Source of the DNA: Trypanosoma brucei | Lineage: Eukaryota | DNA: 64,000 nt | Direction of reading: 5' to 3' | Assembly (NCBI GenBank): GCA_000002445.1 | Contig: CP000068.1 | Location: 1,472,001-1,536,000 of the forward strand | In this document: positions 12,272 through 24,424 of the stretch, piece by piece | Numbering within the stretch: position 1 is the stretch's first letter | Layout: each line of letters opens with the position of its first letter | Made by a program: the position numbers and the translations under genes | The notes under the pieces: generated by a model | What the model saw: the letters and a program-made list of their open reading frames with translations, nothing else | What the model was told of the DNA's origin: nothing | The model's database searches: none

Positions 12272-13727
12272 TTATGCCAGAACCAAAACTGCAAGCAAAA
12301 GAGGGACCTTGTTAATCACAAAAGAATTGTTTACTGTGGTGTTTGTGTTTGTTTTTTCATCGTTTTCCGCTTTCACTGAGTCTTTAAGTTTGCATTTTCC
12401 GTCTTTGAAATCACACTTCTCATTGTCGCATTTAGCTTGGTCGCTTCCCTCGCATTTTATGTCAGACTTTGTGGCTGCGGCTATATTGTCGCATATCCTT
12501 GCTTTTGCTTCTAAAAATTGCTTTGAGACAGCTGTTAGTGCTACATTGTCTGGTGTAGCGAGATTCTCTAGCTTGTCTTTTAGCTCTTTGCCGCCGATCG
12601 TTAAGTCCATCATAGTTTCTTTAAGGGTTTTACAAAATCCATTTTCAAATGCATTTTTATCAGATCCAAATGTCTGGGTTATCAAACTGTCAATTTCTGC
12701 TTTTTGGGCGCTGTTTCCGGGGTCGTACTTGGTTGAAGCTCCGTGTGTTGCTGCTAGCATGACGCACCTGATTGTCTCGTCGCTTTTGCTTGTGGCGGTG
12801 GTCCCGAGATCAAGTTTGCTGAAGTCGCAGTATTTGTTCTTGAGGAAGTCATGTACTCTCCATTCAAGGTCGTGTTCGTGCCGTGCCAGAGATGTTTTGC
12901 CTTCGGTTTTTTTTTGGAGGCTCTGTTTGTGCTGATTTTCCTACTGCTTTCACCTGCAGTTGTTTGGGCGCCTTCTCCTTCAGCAGCTTTTTGTTGACTA
13001 CCTTGACCCGCCAGCTGCTTGGCGTGTTGCATCTGCCGCTGCAACCTGTGTTGCACAACTTGCGGTCGGTGTGCCCTGGGGTGCTGTATTGTTCCAGGCC
13101 GAAGACATTTAGGTTTTCTAGTCCTGGTAAGTTTACTTCCGTTTCTTTGGCTTCTAGGCTGCTGGCTTGTGCATCTGTGCAGCTGCTGCCGTCCGTGCCT
13201 GTGAGAGTTAGTTCGGCGTACTTCTCGGCTGCGCCGGCGCTGTCGGTAAGTGCTTCACCGCTGGCTGCACTGGCTGTTATTGCTGCCGCCTCCGCTATGG
13301 CCCAGTGCTTACCGGATTGTATCGCTAGGACAGTCGCGGTTTCGGCCGCCTTTGCTAAGCACTGCTCCGCTTTTCCAAGTAGTTCTGTTAGCTGTCTGTT
13401 GACTGCTGCTAGAAGTGCGATCGCGCCCCTGGATTTTGCCTTATCTGTCACACTGCTCGCTAGTTCGAGTAGCTCTCGAGCTTCCTGCATGGCCTTGATT
13501 TCGCTGAGCAGGAGTCGCGGTTGCTGTCGATTTGCTTTTTGTAGGCTTTGTATGTAGTTAGCTGATTTACATGCTGTCGACTGCTCGGCTGTCTCAGTGT
13601 CGGCGCCGTACGCGAGTATCGTTATTGCAAGAAACAGTGCTGATCCTGTGAAAGCCGCGTTTACTTTGCGCATTGTTGTGGCTAAATTCTGTTCTACCGT
13701 TAGAGTGGCTTTCTTGAGACGTAGCAC
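12272..13727 (-). pseudogene. VSG: VSG pseudogene with a frameshift between 12760 and 12864.
   Basis: ORF 12272-12760 ends '...KCEGSDQAKCDNEKCDFKDGKCKLKD...NSFVINKVPLLLAVLVLA'. ORF 12864-13727 carries a VSG N-terminal domain with a signal-like 'MRKVNAAFTGSALFLAITILAYG'. Confidence 0.8.
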
Positions 13728-14999
13728 CGGTGTTACAAACCTTTAGGGAGTTTCTGCCGCGAAGATATTGTTGTTTGTTTTTCTCCTTAGCTGCCGTGAG
13801 TTGCGTATATAGTGCAAGTAGGATTGAAAAAAAAATTGTCAGGACACTTAAGTGATTTGGCTTCCTGTGTCTTGGTGCCTGATTGCGCTAAAGTGTGAGA
13901 AAAATGAAGAGGTGATATCGCCCAGTTGGCACGCGCGTACTGCGATGGATGTTTCAGTTTCTAACCTTCTGCATTCCGTAAACATTCTATAACTACTAAT
14001 CAAAGGGTGGACTGTAACAGGAAAGGCCTTGTCAAAAGGCTTTATCGGTCTACTCCCTTTTATTTTAAGCTGAATGTGTGAATTCCAAATCTACTGAAAC
14101 TATACTAGGGATTGAGCAATTTGTGCCTTATTTTCAGCTGCCTTTCACCAGACTATGTGTGGGTGGTGCTCCACTCGCTCTGACGTTCCCGTGAAAAAGC
14201 ATACCGCTTAGCCAAAGGCCCTCATTCTTTCAAATCTAACCTATACCATTTATCCATATGTAAATCAATTAAAATTTATGTTTCTCCCTCCCTTCTATCA
14301 TCTTCTAATTTGAATGCCTCCCTTTTAACACGAAATAACGTGAAACTGTCGCTTCCTCTCGTAAATAAGATTGGCTTATTGTTTTTTATTTTGATTATCT
14401 GACTTCGTTTTGTGGAAATGGAGGTTCAAACTGGTATTTTTGGGCTCCAAAAGTACCTGACTCATTGCTGTTGTTCTAGTAATTCGTGCGGTCATCTGCG
14501 CCTCTGCGACAACTATTATATGAATTGTTCGTCCCTTCAAGGGTCTTGGTTTCTGGCGTCTATAACAATATGAAATAGGATGAGTATCATTAAAAACTTT
14601 CTGCAACGCGTAAATCTCCTCAAACAGGTAAAATACACTTAAAATAAAGCAGTTTCTGCTTCTTTTTTAATGTGTTATCCACCGTAATTAAACTGTAGTT
14701 AAAGCTTTAAAAATATCTTCTCACAAATATTACATTTTTTTACAGAAATGTTAGCAATTATTTCTACATCTGATGAGAATAATAATTTTACTTTTCCTCA
14801 TACTCATCCAAAACCTTCCTTCTTATGCTCATTCTCCTTCATTTTCACAGCTGGATGTTGGGATAGGCCATCAGAATAAAAAACTACAATCGCCGCTATT
14901 TCTCACTAGCATTTATACATTAAAAATTTATGCATAATCTTCAACTGTCATTTACTGTATTGTCACATTTTCTGGCATTTCATTCTGTATTTTTCAAAC

Positions 15000-15250
15000 G
15001 TTTTGCTTACTGCTTCTTCAGATGATGTAGCAGCTCCATGTGGCTTGTACACTGTATTTACTTTTTATCCAATAGCTCACCCTATCATCCCTTTGTGTAT
15101 TGGCTGCCCCATTTATCATATTCTTTTTCATCTCTCTTTCTCTTTCCCTCTTTCTCTTCCTCTTACAAACTCTCCCCCTTATTCACTTACTCCCATTGCA
15201 CACTCGCCATTGTTTTAATCTCTTCTATTTTGTTCAAAGAATTTGCTTAT
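15000..15250. repeat. Conserved cassette element distal to the 70-bp repeat.
   Basis: It has 'ccatgtggcttgtacactgtattt' and is polypyrimidine-rich on +. Confidence 0.5.
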
Positions 15251-15254
15251 CACA

Positions 15255-15342
15255 AACATTCGTATTATAACAATAGTATGTACATACTCACAATACTCTC
15301 CTATTATTATTATTATACATATTAACCTAACTAATATAAATA
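15255..15342 (-). repeat. Single 70-bp repeat.
   Basis: 'cgtattataacaatagtatgtacatactcacaatactctcctattattattattat'. Confidence 0.65.
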
Positions 15343-15545
15343 AAATAACAAAGTTAGAATATACTCTAAGTAAGCAAAATAAAACAAAAAATAGAAAGAT
15401 TTTAGCATGGCGCTCGTTTTTCATCACCATCACTATACTACGATGTATCTATAGGTCATTATCGCACACATTTGACCTATATTCGAAAAATACATATTTT
15501 TCATACTTTTCAAGAATTCAGCTCTTTTCACATTTTAACGATAAA

Positions 15546-15561
15546 GTATTAAAATATATCA
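15546..15561 (-). promoter_or_regulatory. VSG 3'UTR 16-mer with one mismatch. The ingi separates it from the nearest upstream VSG CDS.
   Basis: 'gtattaaaatatatca' is the reverse complement of TGATATATTTTAATAC. Confidence 0.55.
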
Positions 15562-15611
15562 AATTATCTGAGTAGAAGATTCCAAAATTTTTCTAAATTT
15601 CCTAATTTTTT

Positions 15612-18600
15612 TTTCATTGTGCATTTATTGTGCTCGTGCTTCGGTAGGGTCGTTACTGCTCCTGTGGCTCTGCAAACCAGAAAGGGACGTTGAGCGCAAC
15701 GGGGATCCCATCCTCGCTTTATTGAATGAAACTTTGAAGCTGATTGACTTATCCGCAGTTTCAGCTTCAAGGGGACGTTTCCTCATGGTTTCTGCAGTGC
15801 ACACCCATAACGACTTCGCTGCCGCAGAGGTGTGGTAGGCGAAATCCAACTCCGTGGGCGACCAGTGCCTCTTCACGGCTTGAGTGGGCCCAGATGTTGA
15901 CTCTAAGATTGGGGGGAGGGGGCAGATGGGCTCTCTAGGTTTAAGAGCTCCTTCAGGAAGCTGGCTAGTTGCACACTGAAGAACACTTCCTCGTCCTTCA
16001 GGGTTTCCAGACCGTGCTTTTCCCTTAGTGCTCGCAAGCTTGGGCACTGAAAGAGGTGCACTGCAGACTCCTTACACTTCACCTTCACTGAGTTATACTC
16101 AGCTTTCTTCTTCAGTTGGCCGTGCTTCGCGTGCAGGTGTATCGTGAGGCACTGCTTGACTGTGCACTTCATTTGGCAGTATGGACACTGGAGTGACCTT
16201 TGCAAAAGAGGTGTTACCGCTACCGTGCGGTCCTTCAGCTTCCGTTTCACTGCCGTGGCGTGCTCATGATGTGTGCGCGTGTGTCAAATCAGTGAGCACC
16301 ACTGCTTGTACGCCCTGCTGCGTCTATCATACACATAGTCCATTCCCTCTTTTCCTTCTGTGTGGCGGCCCACCCGAGGACGCTTCTGCGGTCTCTCCCC
16401 ATTTTCCCTTCCTGCTGACTCCAATGACCCACTCACCTTACTCTTTGCCTGAGCTTATGCTTTCACTACCTTTCGCTTTGCCTTCTCTTGTGGCTGAGGA
16501 CGCAATGACTCGTCGTGACCCGGGTGCTTTTCCAGCATGTGTCGCAGCAACCATCTGTAATGATATTGCTTTCTAAAAATGGAACACGCCACTGTAACCG
16601 ACTGCTCTGCCATGTTAGAGTCTTCCGAGTTCGTGTTCGAGGTTGGTTCGCACTTGTGCCTGGTGGGCCATGTCTTGCTTTTGAGGACGCGTTGGCACCT
16701 GTAGCATACAAATTCCTTTTTATCCTGCTCCTCCTGCTCTGCATCGCCATCACTGTCGGACGCGTCCTGTGACTCTATGGCGCTGCGCCTTAACTGCTTT
16801 TCCGGGTTTTTCTGCAGCCACGCGTGTACAGTGTACTTTTTCGCACACCAACGCCATTTGAGTGCGTTGCCATTATCGGCCCCATCTTACTCCACTGCTG
16901 GCACTCTATCCGGAGGGTGCTGTGCCATATACTCCACGAGTAGCCCACACCGCTCAAAGACATCACCGCACACATGACATCTGTAACCATTCTTATGCGT
17001 CTGCACCGCACCCTTAGCTTTCTTGGTCAGTGCTAATGCATAATTCCTCCCCAGACCATGAATCTTCACTAGGTGCACCACGTCAGGCTTTCTCCGCCCG
17101 CAAACCACGTTGAACAATCGGCAAGTGATCTGGTCGTTGCTCCTTGTCGCGATTCCAGGATATGGTGCGTTCGCATTGTCCGATGCTTACTCCGCCCCCC
17201 GGGCGCTCCTCTGCTGTGTCGCTGCGTGGTTCCTGCGTGTCGCACCGTATGCATCCAAGCTGGTCCGTCTTGCGTGTGAGCACCCTGTTAAGCGATCCAA
17301 AATGCTTCGAAGTGCCTGTTCTGAAGTGCGCCATCAGCGTCTCACCCAGACGTACCAGCCTTGTGTGCTTCGGTGCGGCCCGAACGTAGTCGAGTAGCGC
17401 ACTACGATGCGTACGCGGCATCCGGACCTCCTTGAAGGCCTTGTATACCGCATTCCCGACCTTCCTCTCCACACACGTCACTATGTCAGTGATCCATGCT
17501 GGATACGACTGCAGCTTTGTGTTTCCCTGCTCAACTGCCTTTTCAGCAGCTTCATCGCGCGGCACCCCGCAGTGTGAGAACACGAAATGGAAGTTGACGG
17601 ACACAAGAAGCCGCACAATACTCAAGATAAGATCCCAAATGCGTCCCAGAATCGAGCCCTCCACAACTTCAGGGCCAGTGCTCAGCGCCATCAACAGCGA
17701 AATTAAATCCGTGAGGGTCACCACTCTCGTTCTGTGCGTCTTGCTTAGCTCCATGAAATCCGCTAGCCTCTTCAACCCCGCCTCCATCGCCGCACATTCC
17801 GTGCGATAGCTGCAGGATGGCGACCCAACTCCCAGGGCAACCTTCTTCCGCTTCCTCTCTTTCGGGTACACAAGGGCACCTGCGCCTGAAGAGACGTCCA
17901 GCACCACGGACCCGTCCGTCCACACCTGGTTATCATAGTCCTTGAACAACTGTACCTGCCGCATGGTGTGCACCTTCTTGTCCCTCCCCGGCGCACCCGC
18001 TTTGAGGCCGCCTGGCTCGTTGGTGTTAAAGTGGACGCACGTGGCCATCCGCAACACCGTCGCATCGTGTGGATTCTCAGGGCCATCAATGGTGTTTTAC
18101 GGACGCTGTACCGTCGCAAGCATGACATGGGCTGGATGCTCAGGCGGGAATATGCTGTTCGTAATTTTTAATTGCGTTGGGCACTCTGCTTTCAGGCGTA
18201 GATAGCATGCCAAGGCTCTCAGGTGCGCCATATCATTTATAAACTTTAGCCGAGCTTCTCACACGGCATCCTCCCGATTGGCTGCCTTGGGAATACCCGT
18301 CATTATGTGTGCTGCCTGTGCCTGCACCCTCTCTAGCCTCTCATGATCCGACAGCGAGGAATCGGACCACCATGAAGCAATGCCGTAGAATATCTTAGCC
18401 CGGACCAGCACTAGGTAGAATGCTCGCAGTTTCTCCCTGTCTGGGCCCCATTCTGGCGACACCACTGCCCTAAGCTGCATGAGCCGCGTGTCTGCCGCTG
18501 CCTTCACGCTCCGTGCATGCTTGCTCAAACCCTTGTGCGGCTGCACGGTAATACCGAGCAGCTTCGGTGTGTACACTTCCTTCAACACAGTCTCTCCAAT

Positions 18601-20887
18601 CCTCAGGTAAAGCAGGTTTGTGTCCCGCGCACCGAACAGTGTGTACTCAGCTTTCCCCGCTGACCAATTTGTGACTCAACTCAGTCCTTGTTGAACGGTT
18701 CGCTGGATTGCATTCAGGTCAGAGCTCGTGCATACTATTGTGAGGTCGTTCGCAAAGAAAACGTGCTGCAACCCAGGGATGCAGTTCAGCCGCTTGCTCG
18801 GCGAATCCACCTTGACAATGAACAGCAGTGGACCATGCACCGAGCCCTGAGGGACCCAGCATGTGAGGTGTATGTTCTCAGACAGCATATTGCTCGCCCC
18901 CACCCGCGCGGTGCGACCCTGCAGGAAGCCCGCAATTCACGCCACCAGATGCTTCTCAACTCCAAATGTCTCTAGTGCCTTAACCATGCAGCCGTGATCA
19001 ACCGAATCAAAAGCGCGCGCATAGTCAATAAATACAGCTGCTGTCTTCTCACCGTCCCTCCTCCGCCGCACTGCGCTTGTCACCTGCATGAGCGTGTCCA
19101 GCGTCGACTGCGCCGGCATGAAGCCTGCTTGCTGTGGCTGCAGATTGTCTTCAATGCAGTTCCTAACACGACGTGCCACAATGTGCTCCATCACTTTGCA
19201 CAGCGTGCTGATGAGAGTGGCCGGCCGAAAGGACGCGGTACTGCTAGCTGGCTTGCTCGGCTTAAGCAGCGGGACTGTGATGCCGTGCCTCCACTTGGCT
19301 GGTACCCTCCCCGCGCGCAGACTGCAGATGAACAGTCGCAGCGCACACTTTTTGGCTACTCATCCTAGCTGCTTCAGCTCCTCTCAGTGGATTCCATCAT
19401 CGCGCGCCGCCGTGCCAGAATGCAGCTCACACAGCGCAACTTTCAGCTCTGACTCGGTGACCGGCCGGAACGCGCTCCGTCTGGTGCTGGGTATCTTCAT
19501 TTCTGGCGCATGTGGTGCCTTCGTTGACCTGGCCTTGTACATGTTGACCAAAGTTTGTGCTTACTGGCGCTTTGTCAACCGATGGCCATTCACCACCAGC
19601 ATTGGCGAAGTCAACGACCGCGGCGCATATACCGACTTCACCAGGTTCCAGTTCGCCGAATCCGTGGTCGCCGGCTTCGACACATTTTCCTTCCACCAAC
19701 CCAGCGCCGTTTCAGCCAGCGCTTTCTTCCTCCAGCGAGTCAGCCCGTCCAGATTCGTCAGCCCCTGTGTCCAGAACGGTAACGCTACGCCCTTGCCCTT
19801 GGGAATTGTCCTCTTTGCGGCCATTCGGATGCCTCATGTCACCGCCTCGTCGAGGGCATCCGCGCCCTTGTCCGGCCTCTTCATTCCTCTGAATATGAAC
19901 TCGTCACTCAATTTTCTAAACTCCTGTCACCTCGCTTTGTTCCGTGCATACAGTGTACGTGTGGGCTTGGGGGGGGGGGCAATCACGTCTAGGCAGGTGC
20001 CCCACGAACACATCGAACGTGATCTAATAATGATCACTGTGCGGGCTCAGTGTGTATGCCAAGTTAGAGATCTCGCGCAGCCTCCACACAACGTGATGTC
20101 CGGCGACGATAGTGCACCCGTTCCCGGCTGCCTCCTGGTGATCGATCCGGTATTCGCAACTTTCAGATCGCTCTGCACGCACCAGTTGACTACGCACTCT
20201 CCCTTGTCGTCGCTCGGACGAAACGGATCCCACAACACGTGGTGTGAGCTCACGTCCGCTTCTGCTACCAATGGCCCGCTTTCTACCGCTAATTGTTTCA
20301 ACTATGCTTTTGAATTCATCGATTTTCTAGGAAAATAAGCTGAAGCGCCTGCCAGGTTCACAGCAGCAGAAAATCGCAGCGTCGCTGTCACTTTTTCTGG
20401 CACTTCCTTGTCCATCTTTCACACCCCCACTCCCACCCCTGTGCGGTGTTTTTGCCACAACTACATGCTGCTATCCGCCTATTTGAAGCGCAGCACACTC
20501 CACCGACGCTAGGAGTGTCTCCTGCAAGAGACAAAATAAAACCATATCCTCATGAATCTTCCTCTTCATGACAACCCGCTTCGACTGGAAGAAACCCCTA
20601 AATTTCCACTGGTTTCCACGAATAACGGGAGCAAGATTCGTCTCAACATCTTCACTAAGTAGTAGTATAAGCCTTTTTATCCCAATCGAGGTAAGGTTGC
20701 ACGTGCAGAGGAGCAGTCTAATATATTGCTTCACCCTAGAGTGCCGATGCTGCTACATACTTCTTCTCTGGTCGCCGAAAGCCCCCTTTCCACCCCAATC
20801 ATGTTAAACAGGGCATAATGCGGGCGCTTGTCTTCCTCCTGGATAAAGTACTAGACCCCGGCACCACATTGAGGTGACCGGCATCAC
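15612..20887 (-). mobile_element. ingi: ingi non-LTR retrotransposon, about 5.3 kb. The copy is degenerate and its single ORF is broken into many frames.
   Basis: Minus-strand ORF fragments encode RT motifs ('AAVFIDYARAFDSVDH', 'WVPQGSVHGPLLF', 'FANDLTIVCTSS'), an RNase H ('VWTDGSVVLD...') and two C2H2 zinc fingers ('CPYCQMKCTVKQCLTIHLHAKH', 'YRCHVCGDVFERCGLLVEYMAQH'). A poly(A) tail shows as T9 at 15612-15620 on +. The 5' end near 20887 reads, on the minus strand, 'CCATGGTGATGCCGGTCACCTCAATGTGGTGCCGGGGTCTAGTAC...'. Boundaries are approximate. Confidence 0.8.
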
Positions 20888-20938
20888 CATGGAAATCTGC
20901 AAATTTTAGTAAAAAAAAGAGCAAGAATTCATAGAATT

Positions 20939-22540
20939 CTAAAATGCCACCAAACTCATAACAGCAGCAGCCATACTCAGGGCCATTTTCTTATTTACAA
21001 AAAAACTAGAATCATTGCACTTGTCTTCAATTCGACCACAGTTGGCTTTTTCTCCGGGTTTGTGACCCTCATTTTCCTTTTCACAGTCCTTTTTTTTGGT
21101 ATGTCTTGTGTACCTATTTGACTCACGTTTCCCATCATTCCACCATTTTTCTTGGTTTTCTTTTTCTACTTTCTTTTTGGCCTCTTCACTCAATGTGCAC
21201 TTTTTTCCTTCGCCTCCTTTGGGGTTAAAAACGCACCCCTTATCCTTTAAGTTTTCACATTCTTTCTGGTTGTCGTTTGCTGTTTTGCAAACTCGTTCTG
21301 CTTCCTTTGTGGCTCTTAGGTGGTCTGTTGCGGGTTGGTTGCCGCTACTTTGCCCCGTTGTTGCTGCTGCAAATAGTTTGCTCTCAGATGCCAGTCCTTC
21401 GGCTGCCTTTGAGAGGAGCGTTAGAGAAGCTGCTAAGGCATTGCTTGTGCTTGCTGCTGTTGCTCCTGCTCGCATTGCTGCTGCTGCAGTTTCAATTTTT
21501 GTTGCCCATGCTAGCTCCTGCATACCTTTTTTGCCTGTTTTATATTTGGGCATTTTGAAGCAAACGCCGTTTGTTCTTGTCCCGTCGCAGGTCGCTGCTC
21601 CGTCAGTGGTGCCGAAGTAAGCGTCCGTTTTGAAAATCTTGATGTGGCTTTCTAAGCTCCGCAGCGCTGTGAGCATCTTGTCCGGTGTTATTTCCTCCTC
21701 CGTATTGAAGTTACAGTCTTTTACCAAGGCGTCGTATTGGTTTTTGATATCGTTTTCCGCTGCCAGGTTATGTGCTTTTGGTGCATGGTTGCTGGCGTGA
21801 TCACTGCAGATCTTGTTTGCGCCCGTTGGGATGTCTGAGTTTCCTTGGGTGCATACACAAATTAAAATGTCCGCTAAGCAGTCGTCAGTGCCTGTTACCG
21901 TGCCTGCTCCGCAGAAAGCTGCCGAGGCCCTTGCCGCTGATGTTTTCCCGGCATCGGTGAACTCTTTTGCCGCTTCCCCTGTTCCGATCGCCGCCTCTGT
22001 GAGCAGTTTTTTAATCTTTGCTGGTTCGGCATTGTCGATGGCTGCCTGAAGACTCTTGATTTTGGTCTGTAGGGTTGAAGCTTGTTCTAGAATGAGGCTC
22101 ATTCTTGTTCGCGCAAGCTTTAGCTGTTGGTCTGTTATGGATAGTTTGGAGAAGTTGCTGGGTCTGCTGTCGGCGCCGTGCTTCTTGAAGACTCTTTCGG
22201 CGCTTGCTGCCCATTCCGCCCAGCTGGAAGCCCAGTGAGAATTTTCTTTGGCTGGCGACGTTTGCGGGTCCCATTGCTTCTGGGTTCCGTCTGGTTTTAG
22301 AAATTGATTTACCCACGCGGGTCCCCCTAAAGTCATGTTAACGTCGTTGATAGTCTCCATTGCGTTTTGCCATTCCTGTTCCTGGTCTGGAGCTTTGATC
22401 TTCCCTGCTTGTAGTTGTAATACACTGCACAGAGCTTTATAAACGCTGGCGTGCGCTGCGGTTGCAGTGTCGGCGTCACTGCTTTGTGGTACCATCATCA
22501 AAATGACTGACGCTGTTGCTGCGTAACCTGGCATTGCCAT
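20939..22540 (-). CDS. VSG: Variant surface glycoprotein, an intact 533-aa ORF with an A-type N-domain.
   Basis: The product has a signal peptide ('MAMPGYAATASVILMMVPQSS'), the N-domain motif 'VYKALCSVLQLQAG', a C-terminal cysteine-rich domain and the GPI signal '...CNDSSFFVNKKMALSMAAAVMSLVAF*'. Confidence 0.88.
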   Translation of the reverse strand: MAMPGYAATASVILMMVPQSSDADTATAAHASVYKALCSVLQLQAGKIKAPDQEQEWQNAMETINDVNMTLGGPAWVNQFLKPDGTQKQWDPQTSPAKENSHWASSWAEWAASAERVFKKHGADSRPSNFSKLSITDQQLKLARTRMSLILEQASTLQTKIKSLQAAIDNAEPAKIKKLLTEAAIGTGEAAKEFTDAGKTSAARASAAFCGAGTVTGTDDCLADILICVCTQGNSDIPTGANKICSDHASNHAPKAHNLAAENDIKNQYDALVKDCNFNTEEEITPDKMLTALRSLESHIKIFKTDAYFGTTDGAATCDGTRTNGVCFKMPKYKTGKKGMQELAWATKIETAAAAMRAGATAASTSNALAASLTLLSKAAEGLASESKLFAAATTGQSSGNQPATDHLRATKEAERVCKTANDNQKECENLKDKGCVFNPKGGEGKKCTLSEEAKKKVEKENQEKWWNDGKRESNRYTRHTKKKDCEKENEGHKPGEKANCGRIEDKCNDSSFFVNKKMALSMAAAVMSLVAF

Positions 22541-24099
22541 GGGATGTGCTGTCGACTATTCTTTAGTGTTTGGAAAAAGAAGGAAGTTGCTTCACGAAGA
22601 TGATTAGCTACGGAAATGCTTTACTTCTTTGTTTTCAGCTTGGTCTTATTGACAAGCACAGATTATGTTCACCGTGTCGTTTTAGCTACGTTCAGCGGCC
22701 GGAGTTGTTGTTCCCGCCAGCCTGCGCTGCTATAAGATTCCCGGTTTTTGTCCCTTTTAATTACCTTTAGGGGAACTTTAGATTCTTCCAAGACTTCACC
22801 CATTTTCAGCCCCCAGTTTCCTTGCCTTTCAATTGTGTTTATTGTTCTTTTGTTGTTCATCACAGCAGCCCTTTTCATACGTGCTAAACTTTTTATTGTT
22901 TCCCTTACCTGACATCTCAGTTGCTTACTCACAAGCATTGCCGCGTCTACGGTATGTTTCTGTGTACGCTAGAACTGATATTGGTGGTGCTGCTGTTTTT
23001 ATGATATTTTCGTGTGTAAATTCTGCTGTTTTAAATACCAGTTGTTTTGTTTCTCTACGGCTTTTTGCGAGGATTTTCATTATTTCATCTGCCATTCCTG
23101 GTACTAAACTAACTTTGCACATTGATTTCTGTACTGCTATTTTTTATTGTCCGCATACTACTTGTCCGTACAAGAGCAACTGCTGATACAAATCTTGTGT
23201 ATCTTTCTATACTTTTGGCGCTTTTTCGATGCAATCTGATAAATATTTCTTGTCGATTTTCTTTTTCTAGTACTGCTTGCTTATAAACTTACCATGACGA
23301 AAAAAACTGTAAGGAGGAAAAAAATGCTTATGGGAAATGGGTATTTCTCTGAACTGCCGACCTTGTCAGAAGAAATAAGTTCTACTCTCAAAAATGACTG
23401 CACTTTTATTTAACTTAATCTGCTGTTAGAGTTGTACTTTTAACCTTTCCATAGATTCATTCTAGAAACTAAAAAATATTCATTCTGGCTAATAAATTTT
23501 CTAATTTGCTTGTGTTTGTGTTCCGCTAAGGCTCACTATTTGTCAGCTACATGTCGAAGCACTACCACTTTTAGTGGTGGTTTCGGTTTCTATCTCGGTG
23601 CATGTTTCCGTATACTTTCAGTCTTTCTAAATTTGGCGTTGTTTTTTCTAGTTGATTCAAGATTAGTTGTGATCACTAGCTTCGTGCTTTGTTTCTGGAT
23701 GTTCTTTGGTCTTGCGTCCTGCAATAGTCGGATCTTCAGACGAATTATACACCTCTTGCTAGTGCTTCCTCTAATATGTCGGTGGTTCACACTCAGATAT
23801 TTTATTCCGTATGTTTTTTCTTCCCCTTCTATTTTGCCGCTGTTTCATCGTAAAGGTAACGATTCCGTTTTGCATGTACAATGCACTTGGTCTCTCTGCC
23901 ACTACCCGTGTGTAATCCCCGTGTGTATGATGGTGCCCATTTTCAGATTTGTATTCAAGCGTGCGCAAACTCTCTCCATTTTTCTCTATCTTCCTCTCGG
24001 TTAATGTGCCGCTGACACATTAATCACATTGCACTCTTTCCATTTTTTAAGTGCTTCTATTATCCCCACCCACTTCATCTTCATAAAAACTTTTATTTT

Positions 24100-24172
24100 A
24101 ATATTTGTATATACACAATCACAACACCATCCACTTATCATTTCTATTATAATACTAAATTATTCCTAATAC
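24100..24172 (-). repeat. Single degenerate 70-bp repeat.
   Basis: 'atatttgtatatacacaatcacaacaccatccacttatcatttctattataatact'. Confidence 0.6.
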
Positions 24173-24424
24173 CCACAAAATAAACAAAATAAAACAAATT
24201 AGAATACCATACGTTTTAAATGCTCTATAACCCTACTATTTTGCATAAATAAGCCACTATCATATACACTTTAAAAATTTTTATGCTTTCATTATTTTTA
24301 AAAATGAGAATTTTCACTTTTTCAACAAAAAATGTTATAAAATACCATATATTAATATGTTTCATAAATTTAATATAAAATTAGGCTAAAATCCTAAATT
24401 CTTTATTATAGAATAAAAAATGCA

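Noticed and set aside
19088-20338. 416-aa + strand ORF
   Set aside because: It is antisense to the ingi retroelement's N-terminal region, has low-complexity Ser/Ala/Arg-rich composition and no recognisable domain. It is most likely a chance open frame in GC-rich sequence.
15596-20900. Target-site duplication for the ingi insertion
   Set aside because: I compared ~15 bp on either side of the element ('ctaaatttcctaa' next to the poly-T side, 'ggaaatctgcaaatttta' at the other) and found no convincing direct repeat. Exact element ends are uncertain without the ingi consensus, so a TSD is neither claimed nor excluded.
23510-24004. 164-aa + strand ORF in the VSG 5' flank
   Set aside because: It is hydrophobic and low-complexity, has no recognisable motif, sits in an intergenic flank and runs opposite to all real genes here.
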